A DNA stretch of 64,000 nt from a virus, in IMG/VR virus record IMGVR_UViG_3300028883_000992, positions 1 to 64,000 of that record; one strand, given 5' to 3'. Made by a program: the position numbers and the translations under genes. This document shows positions 48,136-58,944 of this stretch, one piece after another. The stretch's first letter is position 1; each line of letters starts with the position of its first letter. The notes under the pieces are model-generated. The model made no database searches, was not told where the DNA came from, and worked only from the letters and a program-made list of their open reading frames with translations.

Positions 48136-48457
48136 CTAAATCAAACTCATTCCCGTGTATATCTGTGAACTTAAATATAAAACCATCTGGATTGTCTTTA
48201 TCTCCCTGTGGCACTACAGTAACTTGAATAGGATAATCAACTTTAATTTCACCCTTTTCAAATTTCTTAGCAAGATAAACAACCAAAGACAATTCATCTG
48301 GATCACTACCCATATAATATTGCTCAAATAACTGTGCAGCAAATTTATCTTTTGCATCTTGGATAGTTTTAAGAAGATAATTACGGAAAGTGTGAACCTT
48401 TAATTCACCTGTGACTTGTTCGTTTTTCATAAACCGCTCCTTGATATTTCCTTTCAA
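48128..48457 (-). CDS. Hypothetical protein (start probably 48430)
   Basis: AAGGAG precedes the ATG of MKNEQ. Confidence 0.6.
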   Translation of the reverse strand: MKGNIKERFMKNEQVTGELKVHTFRNYLLKTIQDAKDKFAAQLFEQYYMGSDPDELSLVVYLAKKFEKGEIKVDYPIQVTVVPQGDKDNPDGFIFKFTDIHGNEFDLDG

Positions 48458-48463
48458 TATATA

Positions 48464-48895
48464 TTACGACTGTTCTGGCTGAATTATTAATTCAACTCTA
48501 TCATATTGGGGAATTCCACCCTGTAAAGCTGATCTATACCTAACTTTTAAATCTACCACCCTCACTCTTTTCCAAGAATCATCAGTAGGCCAATTATAAT
48601 TCATATCATCCATACTCTGAAACTGAAAAAACATCGCAGTTCCAACCCATGATTGCATTGTTGAGAAAAAAGTCGTAAACCCACTTTGGTCATAAGTGGC
48701 AGTAGCATATAATCCTGACCACACTAAACTACGTGGACGAGAATCAAAATAAAGCCCTTGCCAAGCATTGCCGCCATGAAGAACTTTTACAGCACTATAC
48801 CCATAACCTTCAGGTATTTCCCAATCAAAAGGATTAACTGCAAAGTCATGTGGGTCTGTACCTGCCGATGTAGCTGAATATCTGATCTTTGCCAT
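48464..48895 (-). CDS. Putative distal tail (Dit-like) protein
   Basis: Directly after the tape measure; 143 aa, beta-rich, F.VNP motif. Confidence 0.5.
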   Translation of the reverse strand: MAKIRYSATSAGTDPHDFAVNPFDWEIPEGYGYSAVKVLHGGNAWQGLYFDSRPRSLVWSGLYATATYDQSGFTTFFSTMQSWVGTAMFFQFQSMDDMNYNWPTDDSWKRVRVVDLKVRYRSALQGGIPQYDRVELIIQPEQS

Positions 48896-51800
48896 TAAAT
48901 TACAACCCTTGCTCTTGTTCTTGTTGACCTTATATCAATTCCATATTCCTCTAATATGGAAAGTGCACTACGTACCTCTGAACTTGAAGCACCATTAAAA
49001 TTGAGGTTAACACTTCCACCATATCCACCCCCAAAAGCAGGAACACGATAATTAGTAGGCGCATTTACTACAAGTTCACTTAATTCCTCAAGTGCCTTAG
49101 TATTAGCTTTCACTGCATCTGTATTTTTCTCCAATACAGGAACATAATCATCAGGTTTCTCTTCATCTTTTCCAAACAATGACCCTAAAGCTGCACCTGC
49201 TAATCCACCCAAAAGTCCTCCTATTGGTCCTGCTGCCCATCCTGTAGCACCTAATATTCCTGCTGTACCTGCGGCTGCACCAAATGTAGAACCTATAGCA
49301 GCACCTTGTCTACCACCTACACTATCAGAAACCAAACTACCTGCTATTTGCCCTGCTACTATACTACCTGCTGCTACTAATGCGTTCTTCATCTCAACAC
49401 TTGCAAATCCACCTGCATCTTTTATAGAACTATACATTTGATTACTTGCATTTTTAAATAAATCAGGCATAGCATATTGAGTTACATCACCAACTTTAGA
49501 TGTAGCTACCAATATATCTGTAAGTTGTGCTGCAAGATCATCCATAACATTTCTAAATGTAGCGTCAGCAAGTTGTAAAAATGCATCTCTCAAAGATTCA
49601 CCTATGGTACGGACAATACTATTAACTTTATTCAGTTCATCTTCTAATGCCCTAATTTCTTTTTTGGCTTCAAGCATCATCTCTTGATTGCCTTCAACAG
49701 TAGCCTCATTTAAATCTTTGCGAGCTAAAACAAGTTGTTCTTCAAGATCATTACGTTTTTCAGCAGCATCAATCCATCTACTCTGTATATCTCCAAGTCC
49801 TGCACTTGCAGCAGTTCTAAATTCTTGTGCAAATCTTTTTAAAGGTTCAAATTTTTTCTCAATGGCTATAGTATCTAAACTATTTCCTAATTTCGCAATA
49901 GACTTATCTATTTCAATAATCATATCACGATATTCATAACCTAATTTAGTATCCTGAGATTTTAATGCGTCATCCTTTAACTTAATATATTCATCGCGCA
50001 AACTTTGCAATGCCTTAATTTGCAAATTGATACCAACTGATTTACTGCTATATATATCATCATAAACACCAGAAACAGACTGTATAATATTAAGCTGACT
50101 GTCATATACTTTATTAATATTACGTATTGCCTGTTCTAAATCTTTAGAACCAGTGGTATTCTCCCTAATTTGTCCAATAAGATATTGTTGTAAAGCACCA
50201 GAACGATAAAGATAATCAACATAAGTTTCACCCCATGCTTTTGTAGATTTCTTTAAATCATCAATCTCCTTGATAAGACCAGTCACTTCTTCGTTTGATT
50301 TACTATAAACACCTTCAGAAATGGTAATATCTTTAAGTTCTTTTTGCTTTTCTATAAGTTTTTCTGCATCAGAAAGCTCACTGTCTCTAATACGCTCACC
50401 TATAGTTTTTAAATCATTTAATATAGATTTATAATGATCTGCTGTTACAGCACCAGAATCAAACGGTTTTTGCAATGCTTCATCTAACTGGCGTAAAGAT
50501 TCAAGTTCATCAGAAAAATCAAGACCTGCTTTCTTTTCCAGTAAAGTCAATTCCCTCTTTAAATCTTGAATATTATCAAGTAATTTTTTATTTGTTAATC
50601 CAAATTTATCATCAGCATCATCAGCATCTTCAGTAGCAGATTTTAAATATAATAACTTCTTGAGTAACTCATTAATTTCATTACCATAAATCCTTAATCC
50701 TGCTTGACCTTTAGTAGCTTCATCATATATAGGTCCACCAAACTGTGCACGATTATATAAAACATTAAGTTCTTCTCCAACAGAGTCTAATTCTTTTTTA
50801 ATTTTATCAAGATCATCTGTAGTAAAAACACCACCCAATATACCACCAGAAGGAAATACCTTATGCATCCTTTTTGCAATATCTACAGATAATTCAGAAA
50901 TTAATTTATTTAAATCTTCATAATATTGCTTTATAGACACCTGTTGTTCAGGAGTTAACTTGTCAAAACTCTCACTATTAATGAATTCACTTAACTCTAT
51001 TTTTTTAGTAGTTAAACTATCTTTAAATTTATTTGTAACTTGATCAACAAATTTACCAACATCACTAAATATGAATCGTTTTGCGTCATCGCCCTTAAAA
51101 ACATCGGTAAAAACACCTGTAAATAATTCCTTAAAATCTGTCCCACCCAATATTTTACTTGCAGTACCAACATAATTAGAATAAGCATCTAATGCTTCAT
51201 CTAAAGCATCCTGCTGTGCCCTTAATTCCTTTTCATATTCTTCAGGGTCACGATCTAACAAAAATAGTTTTTTTGCACGTTCAAATTCTTTGTTGGTTTG
51301 TTCTATCAAATCCTTTTGTTTATCTATAAGTCTTTGAATAGCATCAGTAACTTCATCAGAAGATTCTGCTGCTAATGAAGCATTTTTACCATACACAGCT
51401 AAAACATTAGAAACGTCTTCAGACTTATTTGCAAGTGCTGTTTCTCTATCTGTTAATGCTTTTAATGCACGATTATATTTTTCAGTACCTTTCTCTGAAC
51501 TGCCTAATATCTCCAACAACTTCTTACGTTCTTCGGCAATCATTCTTATAGCTTCTAACTGTTTAGACTGAGCAGAAATAGATTTCTTCAATCCAACTAT
51601 ATCAGTAGTGGCATCACCTAATGATCTATTAAATTTTTCAAATGATTCAGTCGCACTGTCAGTTGCATCCCTAAAAACATACCATAATGATACCATTGCA
51701 CTAAGAGCAAATATAATAATATTTGCAGTACGCATACGAATAAGAGAACTACGCAAAACATTAGCAGCTATAGCAGCTTCTTTCATTTTCATTCCCATAG

Positions 51801-53676
51801 TACCAAATGCTAAAGTAGCAGTTTCAATAGAAGGTATAGAAAACAATAATCCAGTTCTTAAACGATCCCAAACAAATTGAAAAGCTAAAATACTGGCTTT
51901 AGCCGTAGCAATAACACCTGCAAACAGAGAAAATGCAGCAATACCCTTAATAATAGATGAATTACTCAGAGCTTTAGCAAGTAATTTTAATGCTCCAATG
52001 AAGCTATTAATAATAGGAAATAGTTCACCACCAAAAGCCTCACCAATTTCAGAATATATATTTTTTAATTGCTGTATTTGTTTTCGTACAGTTGAAACTT
52101 CAGTCGCACTTGCTTGCAATGCTTCACCGAATGAATCTTGAGAAGTAGCTGCTGCACTCAAAGCAACAGAGTAATTCTCCATTAATGCCAAAAAATCAAC
52201 ATATCTTCTAACACCTGCTGCTTGCTGTGCTATATTACGTTGTTCTACATCGGTCAAATCTTTCCATTTTGCAGCCAATTCACCTAAAACTACAGAAAAA
52301 TCCCTAAATTCATTTTCACTTTTCTTTGTAAATACACCAACACTCTCAAATGCCTCAATTGTTAAATCACGCGGTAAACGCGCAAATATAGTTTTTAACG
52401 AGTTCCCAACCTCTGCACCTGACTTTCTTGTAACAGCCACAATAGAAGCAAGATACCCATTAAGTTCATCCATATCAATACCAAGATTCTTAGCAGCAAT
52501 ACCAACTTTTTTCATACCATTAGCAAGGTCTTCAGCAGTAACAGGATACTCTCTTTGTACAGCCATCCATTTGTCAATAACAGAAACCAAATCTTCTGCT
52601 GCAACATCATATGAATAAATAGCAGCAGTTAAATCTTCTGTAATTGTTTTTGCGTCAATGCCAAGTGCATTAGAAGCAATCAATGATGCATTAACAGCAT
52701 CAATCAATTCTTTTTGTCTTAATCCCGTTTGACCCCATATCCTAAATGCATCTAAAATATCTCCAATTGCAATAGAATATTGTTTAGATAAATCAAAAGC
52801 AGTGTTTTTAATATCATCCAACGCATTTTTAGTAGGACGTATAGTTTTTTCAATCTGAGCAAGTTGATAATTAACATCTATAAAAGTTTTAATTGATTGT
52901 GTAAACCCTTCATAAACTTTATACATAGCAGCAAAAGCCACACGATAACGAATAAGTTTACCAATAGCAGTATCAAGAGCCTTGTTTAATTTTTGTTGAC
53001 TTTGAACACCTTTAACCTGTTCTACAGCCAACCTTTTTTGAGATGCTATATTATCTTTTTGAATTTGATCTAATTTTTTACGTCTTTCAATTTCTTTATC
53101 TATTTTACTAACATCTGTAGTGCCAAATTCAGTTTGCAAATCACCGTATTTACGCTGATACTTTGATCTTCTTCTCTCAATTTCTGCCTGTTGTTTTAAA
53201 TATCTAATCTCAGCATTAGACTTATAATTAACATCGCCAGATAAAGATGCTCGTCTTGCAATTAATTCATTACGTTCCCTTTCTTTTTGTAGAGCTTTTT
53301 CTTGTCTTTCACGCTCTCTTTGTGCTCTTGCATCTTCTGCTGAAGCTGTTTTTGCTAATTGCTCAAAATATCTTTCTTCTATTTTTAAAGCAGCTTTATC
53401 GGCTTCTTTAGCTTCCTTTTTCTTTTTAGCCCTCTCAACTAATAAAGCTAAATCACGCTCATGTATTTCAACTTCTTTAGCGGCATCAGATGAACCAGAA
53501 GTTCTCCTACCCATAGTAGCAAATGACCTATTAGCATATTGCCCAGTTAATACAGGAGATACCTTAGCTTCATGCTTACCAAGTTTTGCTAATTCTTCAT
53601 ATATAAATTTAAGCTGTTTTTTGAACTGAGCAAGCTGAAAAACTACACTCAACGGCAAATCAAATTCATCAGGCAC
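48895..53676 (-). CDS. Tail tape measure protein
   Basis: 1593 aa, helical; TP901-like TMP core (TRKSGAEVGNSLKTIFARL); Gly/Ala-rich C-terminus. Confidence 0.92.
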   Translation of the reverse strand: MPDEFDLPLSVVFQLAQFKKQLKFIYEELAKLGKHEAKVSPVLTGQYANRSFATMGRRTSGSSDAAKEVEIHERDLALLVERAKKKKEAKEADKAALKIEERYFEQLAKTASAEDARAQRERERQEKALQKERERNELIARRASLSGDVNYKSNAEIRYLKQQAEIERRRSKYQRKYGDLQTEFGTTDVSKIDKEIERRKKLDQIQKDNIASQKRLAVEQVKGVQSQQKLNKALDTAIGKLIRYRVAFAAMYKVYEGFTQSIKTFIDVNYQLAQIEKTIRPTKNALDDIKNTAFDLSKQYSIAIGDILDAFRIWGQTGLRQKELIDAVNASLIASNALGIDAKTITEDLTAAIYSYDVAAEDLVSVIDKWMAVQREYPVTAEDLANGMKKVGIAAKNLGIDMDELNGYLASIVAVTRKSGAEVGNSLKTIFARLPRDLTIEAFESVGVFTKKSENEFRDFSVVLGELAAKWKDLTDVEQRNIAQQAAGVRRYVDFLALMENYSVALSAAATSQDSFGEALQASATEVSTVRKQIQQLKNIYSEIGEAFGGELFPIINSFIGALKLLAKALSNSSIIKGIAAFSLFAGVIATAKASILAFQFVWDRLRTGLLFSIPSIETATLAFGTMGMKMKEAAIAANVLRSSLIRMRTANIIIFALSAMVSLWYVFRDATDSATESFEKFNRSLGDATTDIVGLKKSISAQSKQLEAIRMIAEERKKLLEILGSSEKGTEKYNRALKALTDRETALANKSEDVSNVLAVYGKNASLAAESSDEVTDAIQRLIDKQKDLIEQTNKEFERAKKLFLLDRDPEEYEKELRAQQDALDEALDAYSNYVGTASKILGGTDFKELFTGVFTDVFKGDDAKRFIFSDVGKFVDQVTNKFKDSLTTKKIELSEFINSESFDKLTPEQQVSIKQYYEDLNKLISELSVDIAKRMHKVFPSGGILGGVFTTDDLDKIKKELDSVGEELNVLYNRAQFGGPIYDEATKGQAGLRIYGNEINELLKKLLYLKSATEDADDADDKFGLTNKKLLDNIQDLKRELTLLEKKAGLDFSDELESLRQLDEALQKPFDSGAVTADHYKSILNDLKTIGERIRDSELSDAEKLIEKQKELKDITISEGVYSKSNEEVTGLIKEIDDLKKSTKAWGETYVDYLYRSGALQQYLIGQIRENTTGSKDLEQAIRNINKVYDSQLNIIQSVSGVYDDIYSSKSVGINLQIKALQSLRDEYIKLKDDALKSQDTKLGYEYRDMIIEIDKSIAKLGNSLDTIAIEKKFEPLKRFAQEFRTAASAGLGDIQSRWIDAAEKRNDLEEQLVLARKDLNEATVEGNQEMMLEAKKEIRALEDELNKVNSIVRTIGESLRDAFLQLADATFRNVMDDLAAQLTDILVATSKVGDVTQYAMPDLFKNASNQMYSSIKDAGGFASVEMKNALVAAGSIVAGQIAGSLVSDSVGGRQGAAIGSTFGAAAGTAGILGATGWAAGPIGGLLGGLAGAALGSLFGKDEEKPDDYVPVLEKNTDAVKANTKALEELSELVVNAPTNYRVPAFGGGYGGSVNLNFNGASSSEVRSALSILEEYGIDIRSTRTRARVVI

Positions 53677-54007
53677 GTATTCTATTCCTTCCAGAAGGTT
53701 TAAAGCTCTTACCTATGGTTGTAACATTAAGTCCGGGTTTTTCCTTACCGGATTGAGCCTTTTTTCTATTGTCCCTAAGTTCTTTTAGACGAGCATCAAC
53801 TAATACATCATACCACATCATGCGTTCATTGGGTCTTGCATCTTCATCATAATTTTCAAATATACGCTTATAAAATTGACACCACTTACTAAAAGCAAGC
53901 CTATCATGATTATCAAATTCTAAAGGCCATTTACCAACATCACAAGAGATGTCATATATATATTGCCACTTAGGGCTATGTGCTAACATTCTTAGCTTCC
54001 TCCCCAA
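53669..54007 (-). CDS. Tail assembly chaperone, downstream (T-like) part
   Basis: Between the chaperone and the TMP; in the +1 frame relative to the upstream ORF. Confidence 0.6.
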   Translation of the reverse strand: MGRKLRMLAHSPKWQYIYDISCDVGKWPLEFDNHDRLAFSKWCQFYKRIFENYDEDARPNERMMWYDVLVDARLKELRDNRKKAQSGKEKPGLNVTTIGKSFKPSGRNRIRA

Positions 54008-54743
54008 CTATATCATAGTTGGGGAGATACTGAAGTATCTCCTGACTTAAACCAGACCAAAAATTAATGGCCTTTGCAAATAAGTCAGATATAAATCCTT
54101 TATTATAAGATTTTTCTTTTTTAAACGCCTCTAAACTATCCCAAAGTCTTATATACTCACCGTCTTTTTCATATAAAACACAATAAATAAACTTCATATT
54201 GTGTGCGTGTTGGGTGGCAAGACCTTCAACTGTATGTACATAATATTTATAACGCTTCATTGCAACTTTATCTACTTTAGCAACAACATCATCATAAATT
54301 TTACGCGCCTTATCTACAATCTTCTTCTCTTCTTTTGTAAGTTTCTTCTTATCCAACTTACTATCGTAAATCTTTTTAGCTGCCTGATATGCAGCATCCC
54401 TAACCATCTCGTCACCCTTATTGAAAGTTTCTTCGTCTTGATCAGTCCATACGCCACGCTTCATTAAAGTCTCTTTAAGTTCATCCCATGTCTTTATTTC
54501 GGTCATGAGAAGTTGATTAAATTTCTCTGCATATGACTCTGTAATAAACAAATCTGTTTCTTGATCAGGATGAATAATACGTATCTTAATTTTTTCACGA
54601 ACATCATCTTCAGAAAACATATAGTTTTCCATATCATAGTCTACATATCCCCTTTTAAGATTAAGTTCCGCTTCTTTAAGCATAGTATCAGATACTTCAT
54701 GTGGTGTAACCAATATATCCGATGGTCTTTTAATGTCTGACAT
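53976..54743 (-). CDS. Tail assembly chaperone (G-like)
   Basis: Between the tail tube and the TMP; charged and helical. Confidence 0.65.
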   Translation of the reverse strand: MSDIKRPSDILVTPHEVSDTMLKEAELNLKRGYVDYDMENYMFSEDDVREKIKIRIIHPDQETDLFITESYAEKFNQLLMTEIKTWDELKETLMKRGVWTDQDEETFNKGDEMVRDAAYQAAKKIYDSKLDKKKLTKEEKKIVDKARKIYDDVVAKVDKVAMKRYKYYVHTVEGLATQHAHNMKFIYCVLYEKDGEYIRLWDSLEAFKKEKSYNKGFISDLFAKAINFWSGLSQEILQYLPNYDIVGEEAKNVST

Positions 54744-54770
54744 AACATTCCTTTCTTATTATCTCTCGTA

Positions 54771-54786
54771 GGGGAGATAACTCCCC
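54771..54786 (-). terminator. Hairpin after the tail tube gene
   Basis: GGGGAG-TTAT-CTCCCC on the - strand. Confidence 0.45.
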
Positions 54787-54791
54787 ATATA

Positions 54792-56297
54792 TTAGATATT
54801 TGGATTTTCACCAGTTGGAATCAGATAGAAATTATCTGCTTCAAAACTGAATTCCTCTGCACCTTCTCCACCAACTGAAACATTAATAGTTTCATTTGAA
54901 ACAGTGAATCCTGTCACACGCAATGTACATAACTTAGTCGTCTTAGCCTCTTCCTTATAATACCAAACTTCAAAGTTATTATAAGAATTAAGGTCACTTG
55001 CCGTAATTTTCTCGGTAGAATAATAAGTGTCAGCACCCATTTCAGTACCAGAAAGAATACCTTGTGCTTCTAAATCAGATGCGAGTAAACTAAATGTACC
55101 CGTAACATTAACAGGTGTTTGTCTGAACACAGAGAACGCTTCTTTATCACCAATCTGATACTTGGATTCAGATTCAGGAGAAACATCTACATTAAATGAT
55201 TGTACTCTGAGTAAACGACCTTCAGAAGTAGCACCACCCACAGCACCATCAGCAGGGTCTTTCTGAGTATTATATACATAAATCTCTGCCTGATACCTTG
55301 AAAGAGCACCAATAGAACCTGATGTTGAATTAATCTCAAATCCCGGATTAGCAGCAGTAGAACCTGCATATGTCTGAGATACAGTAGATGTAAATGGTCT
55401 AAGCATCAATATACATTGACTTCTGCTTGCATCGGTAGGCGAACTAACAAATGGATTAGCCCAAGTGTCACTGGCAACATCATCGTTAGCTATTTGGTAA
55501 CGAGCCATTGTTTCACCATCTGAAGAAGCATTAGCATAAAAAGTAAAGTCAGAATCATCTGCCCAAGCCTCTTCAACACCAACAAATATACCAACACAAT
55601 CAGCACTATGACTAAATGCAGCTACAGAGTGTACAACAAATTGCTGTGTATTAGCTCCAGATGCCGCTGCTGCTGTTGCTACAATTTCGCTATCAGAAAG
55701 TAAGTAAGGTCTTACGCCCCTCCAAGCAGATGCAAACCAATATCTATTAGATGCACTTAAAGTATAGGACTCAGTAGCATACCCATTCACATCTAAACTA
55801 TGTGAATATCCAGTTAAAGCTGCACGATGAATATGAAGTGTCCTACCAATAGAGGTAGTACCTTCACCAATAGGCATAGTTAAATCTACATAAGCATTAA
55901 GAATATCGAGATGATCAACATCAGTAGTGTTATTAGCACCATTAACAGAACTATTCTTAATTCTATCATATCTCAAATAAGTTTCATCACCATTACCAGT
56001 TTCACAATAACGTATATCGCTTCCACTTCTAATATCCGCTGTGCTCAAACTATTAACATCAATAGCTTTATTAGCCAATATCCTCATATTGTCTACAGAA
56101 CCAATAAAGTTAGTATCAACAGTTATAGAAACTTCTGGAGTCTGAGTTATCTTTTGCACAATAGAACTATCTGATAACTGATAAGTATTTTCCTGACTAA
56201 AATCAGCAGAAATAGATACATCAGTTACTCGTTCTAACTGTATTCCATTGGCAAACAAACCATATTTGTCATACCGCACGGTTTCTTGTTTCGCCAT
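54792..56297 (-). CDS. Major tail (tube) protein with duplicated tube domain
   Basis: GGAGG RBS, position, and two similar L.RV......Y Q...QTP segments. Confidence 0.75.
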   Translation of the reverse strand: MAKQETVRYDKYGLFANGIQLERVTDVSISADFSQENTYQLSDSSIVQKITQTPEVSITVDTNFIGSVDNMRILANKAIDVNSLSTADIRSGSDIRYCETGNGDETYLRYDRIKNSSVNGANNTTDVDHLDILNAYVDLTMPIGEGTTSIGRTLHIHRAALTGYSHSLDVNGYATESYTLSASNRYWFASAWRGVRPYLLSDSEIVATAAAASGANTQQFVVHSVAAFSHSADCVGIFVGVEEAWADDSDFTFYANASSDGETMARYQIANDDVASDTWANPFVSSPTDASRSQCILMLRPFTSTVSQTYAGSTAANPGFEINSTSGSIGALSRYQAEIYVYNTQKDPADGAVGGATSEGRLLRVQSFNVDVSPESESKYQIGDKEAFSVFRQTPVNVTGTFSLLASDLEAQGILSGTEMGADTYYSTEKITASDLNSYNNFEVWYYKEEAKTTKLCTLRVTGFTVSNETINVSVGGEGAEEFSFEADNFYLIPTGENPNI

Positions 56298-56305
56298 TTT
56301 GCCTC

Positions 56306-56809
56306 CTAATTAAAATTTGGACATTCTATATCCAAAAATAAAGTACTTTCATATCTTAATCTTTTATCATCAATTTTTATAGGTACAGGAATATTTATAA
56401 CATTTACATTATGTGAATAAAATTTACCTAATGTGCTTAATCCGCTATAATCACCTGCCACTGAAGGTTCTGTAGTTGACATATCATATAATGTAAATCT
56501 TTTTCCATGAAACTGATCCCATAAAAACATATTTAACATATCTCTTTGCGCTAAATTATCTGACATTACCACAAACTCTGTCCTAATTCTAACTCTATCT
56601 TTTGCACCTAACTCATATGGCATACCATCAAATCCAGATGTATCTATAACAAAAGTAGGATATACCATAACATCCTCAGCATTTTCTGGATACGAACCTA
56701 AAATCCCATAATGAGTTCCTACCGTCCAATTAGAAAATTGATCATTAATGATTTCTCGTATCTTCCAATATAAATTCCTGTTAATTATAGTATTAGCATT
56801 TATATTCAT
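56306..56809 (-). CDS. Putative tail terminator
   Basis: Immediately upstream of the tube gene; YPTFVID..YELG. Confidence 0.55.
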   Translation of the reverse strand: MNINANTIINRNLYWKIREIINDQFSNWTVGTHYGILGSYPENAEDVMVYPTFVIDTSGFDGMPYELGAKDRVRIRTEFVVMSDNLAQRDMLNMFLWDQFHGKRFTLYDMSTTEPSVAGDYSGLSTLGKFYSHNVNVINIPVPIKIDDKRLRYESTLFLDIECPNFN

Positions 56810-56834
56810 ACAATATTCCTATAATAGATACGAA

Positions 56835-57425
56835 TTACTTTGAAATTTTATTAACATATGCACCTATTCTTTTCTTAATAGCTCTCAGTGCATATTGAGT
56901 AAGATATTGACTACCTGCCCTGAGAAAATAACGAGCTTCAGCACCTTGAGTATGCGTAATACCAGTTAATGTAATAGCAAACCTTTCATCAACATGTTCC
57001 CCTCTAAACGGACTTCTTAAAATAAAAAAATCACCACGTTTACTTGGATTTTTTCTAATCCCACGTATCTTAAATTGCTGTGACCATGCAGGAATCTTTA
57101 TCTTTCCAGAAGGTCCAAATCCATATTCCTGAACTTTCCAATAAAAAGGTAAATAATCTATATTAAGTAATTTTACTTTGAAATCATCACCAATACGTTG
57201 TATTGTAATTGGCTGTGAAGCAATAGCTTGTCTCAATGTACCTCTTGGTCCAGTATCAGCAACTTTAGCAGCACGTTTCTTTACGTGTTTAGAAGTTCTA
57301 TCATATGTAGATAAAATAAGTCTCTTAGCCTTTTGTGTCTCGTCTAAAACTATCTTTTCAACAACACCACCAGACTCAAAGGCACGTTCAAGCCTATCTA
57401 ACTTTTTACGCCATTTCCCTTCCAT
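56835..57425 (-). CDS. Neck / tail-completion protein (HK97 gp10-like)
   Basis: Basic; GTLRQAI..QEYG..RYFLR; likely start MEGKW within ORF 56835..57488. Confidence 0.55.
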   Translation of the reverse strand: MEGKWRKKLDRLERAFESGGVVEKIVLDETQKAKRLILSTYDRTSKHVKKRAAKVADTGPRGTLRQAIASQPITIQRIGDDFKVKLLNIDYLPFYWKVQEYGFGPSGKIKIPAWSQQFKIRGIRKNPSKRGDFFILRSPFRGEHVDERFAITLTGITHTQGAEARYFLRAGSQYLTQYALRAIKKRIGAYVNKISK

Positions 57426-57681
57426 TTTCCAACTCTTTAATTCTGTTTTGAAGTTCAACAACCAATAAAACCATGTTTCGTTGAACACTATTAGTGTTAG
57501 TTAAAATTACATTTCTGATTTTATTCCATTTTTCTTTAGAAACAACTTCATTTAAATATAAAAAATCAAGTTCATCTAAAATAGCTTTCTGTAATCTGCC
57601 AAATTCACTATTCATATGACTTGGTATATCAAAAACATATCTTATAGTTTCCCGTTCTTTATTCATCTCGTTTAACCTCAT
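57406..57681 (-). CDS. Hypothetical protein
   Basis: Overlapping ORF. Confidence 0.55.
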   Translation of the reverse strand: MRLNEMNKERETIRYVFDIPSHMNSEFGRLQKAILDELDFLYLNEVVSKEKWNKIRNVILTNTNSVQRNMVLLVVELQNRIKELENGREMA

Positions 57682-58141
57682 TTAAAGTCACTTGTAAATA
57701 ATAAGTATTCCCATACTCAACTTTTTTAATATTGCGAGGTTGAAAGAATGATTTGCCTACCTTAACTTTATCTGCATCATCAAAATATGTTGCTCCTGTT
57801 ACACTAGCTATATTTACAAGTGCATTTTTCAACATACATGTTAATCTAATTTCATCATCTGGTCTTACACCTATAAGATGTGAAGTTTCATCATAATAAG
57901 TTTTACCGCCAAGAAAATTATTGACAACACAATTAATATTCTTCTTAGATGAAGTATAGTAATAACCACGACCTTCACATGTAGCACAAGACTGATTAAA
58001 ACTCATACCATACAAAGAATCTTGCGAACCACAGTCACATGTAGTTGTAGTCCTATGATAAACAATAATCTCCTGTGTTATTGTTGTATCTTTATAGGCA
58101 TCAGATATAGTGCGTGATAACATATCATCAAATATACTCAT
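57659..58141 (-). CDS. Putative head-closure protein with Zn-ribbon insertion
   Basis: CDC..CATCEGRG; position after the adaptor. Confidence 0.55.
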   Translation of the reverse strand: MSIFDDMLSRTISDAYKDTTITQEIIVYHRTTTTCDCGSQDSLYGMSFNQSCATCEGRGYYYTSSKKNINCVVNNFLGGKTYYDETSHLIGVRPDDEIRLTCMLKNALVNIASVTGATYFDDADKVKVGKSFFQPRNIKKVEYGNTYYLQVTLNEVKRDE

Positions 58142-58944
58142 TATCTATAATAATCTCCACTATAATCTTGATTTAGACCTTCACCATATGTATTAGCTCT
58201 ATAACCCACAAGACCTCTGCGTATAGAATATTTCAGTTCTTTATCAAGCTCACTTTGTTTACGTTTAATTTCTTCAGCAGTAGTTTTGGTGCTACCAACT
58301 ATATTTAATTTTAAATCACCTGCATTTATAATACCCGGTTTAGATATACTAATTTGCAAATAATACTCCATAATTAAAATAGCAACCTGACGCTTAATTA
58401 AATCTGATGTGGTATCACTTGGAGTAGAATCAAAGGATATACCCTGAGAGTTAGCTGTAACAGTTATACTTAATGTGTTGCCAGTTAAAGTGTTATATTT
58501 GCTCTTAATTTTTTCAGTAGCATCTTTTATAAATCCCGCTAATTCATAAGTTGTAAATCTATAATCAGATGCATCATTATCACCAATATGTCTACGCACA
58601 GACTCCAAAAACTCCCAATTATATCCAGTCCCAACAGGGCGACTAATTATTTCTATATAACGTGGCCCATCTGGAAAAATACGTATTCCAGTGGACCATC
58701 CATGCGGCCACGCTTGATAAAGACCTTCAGCAGTAGTAATCGCAGTAGATACATCAAAATTGTAATAGTAAAGTCCTGTACTAACATTAGTCATATTTGC
58801 ACTTGTGACCAATGCTGTTCCGCTTGGATCATTTATATCTACTCTGGCATTATCTACATTGGTTAAATCACCATCGTTATCATAAAATGTAAAATATACA
58901 GGCTCCGACTCACCCAAATAAATCGTCTGATGCGCTTTTGGCAT
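58141..58944 (-). CDS. Head-tail adaptor with N-terminal Ig-like domain
   Basis: N-terminal beta domain (TGLYYYNF); VRRHIGD..FT..EL adaptor motif. Confidence 0.6.
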   Translation of the reverse strand: MPKAHQTIYLGESEPVYFTFYDNDGDLTNVDNARVDINDPSGTALVTSANMTNVSTGLYYYNFDVSTAITTAEGLYQAWPHGWSTGIRIFPDGPRYIEIISRPVGTGYNWEFLESVRRHIGDNDASDYRFTTYELAGFIKDATEKIKSKYNTLTGNTLSITVTANSQGISFDSTPSDTTSDLIKRQVAILIMEYYLQISISKPGIINAGDLKLNIVGSTKTTAEEIKRKQSELDKELKYSIRRGLVGYRANTYGEGLNQDYSGDYYR

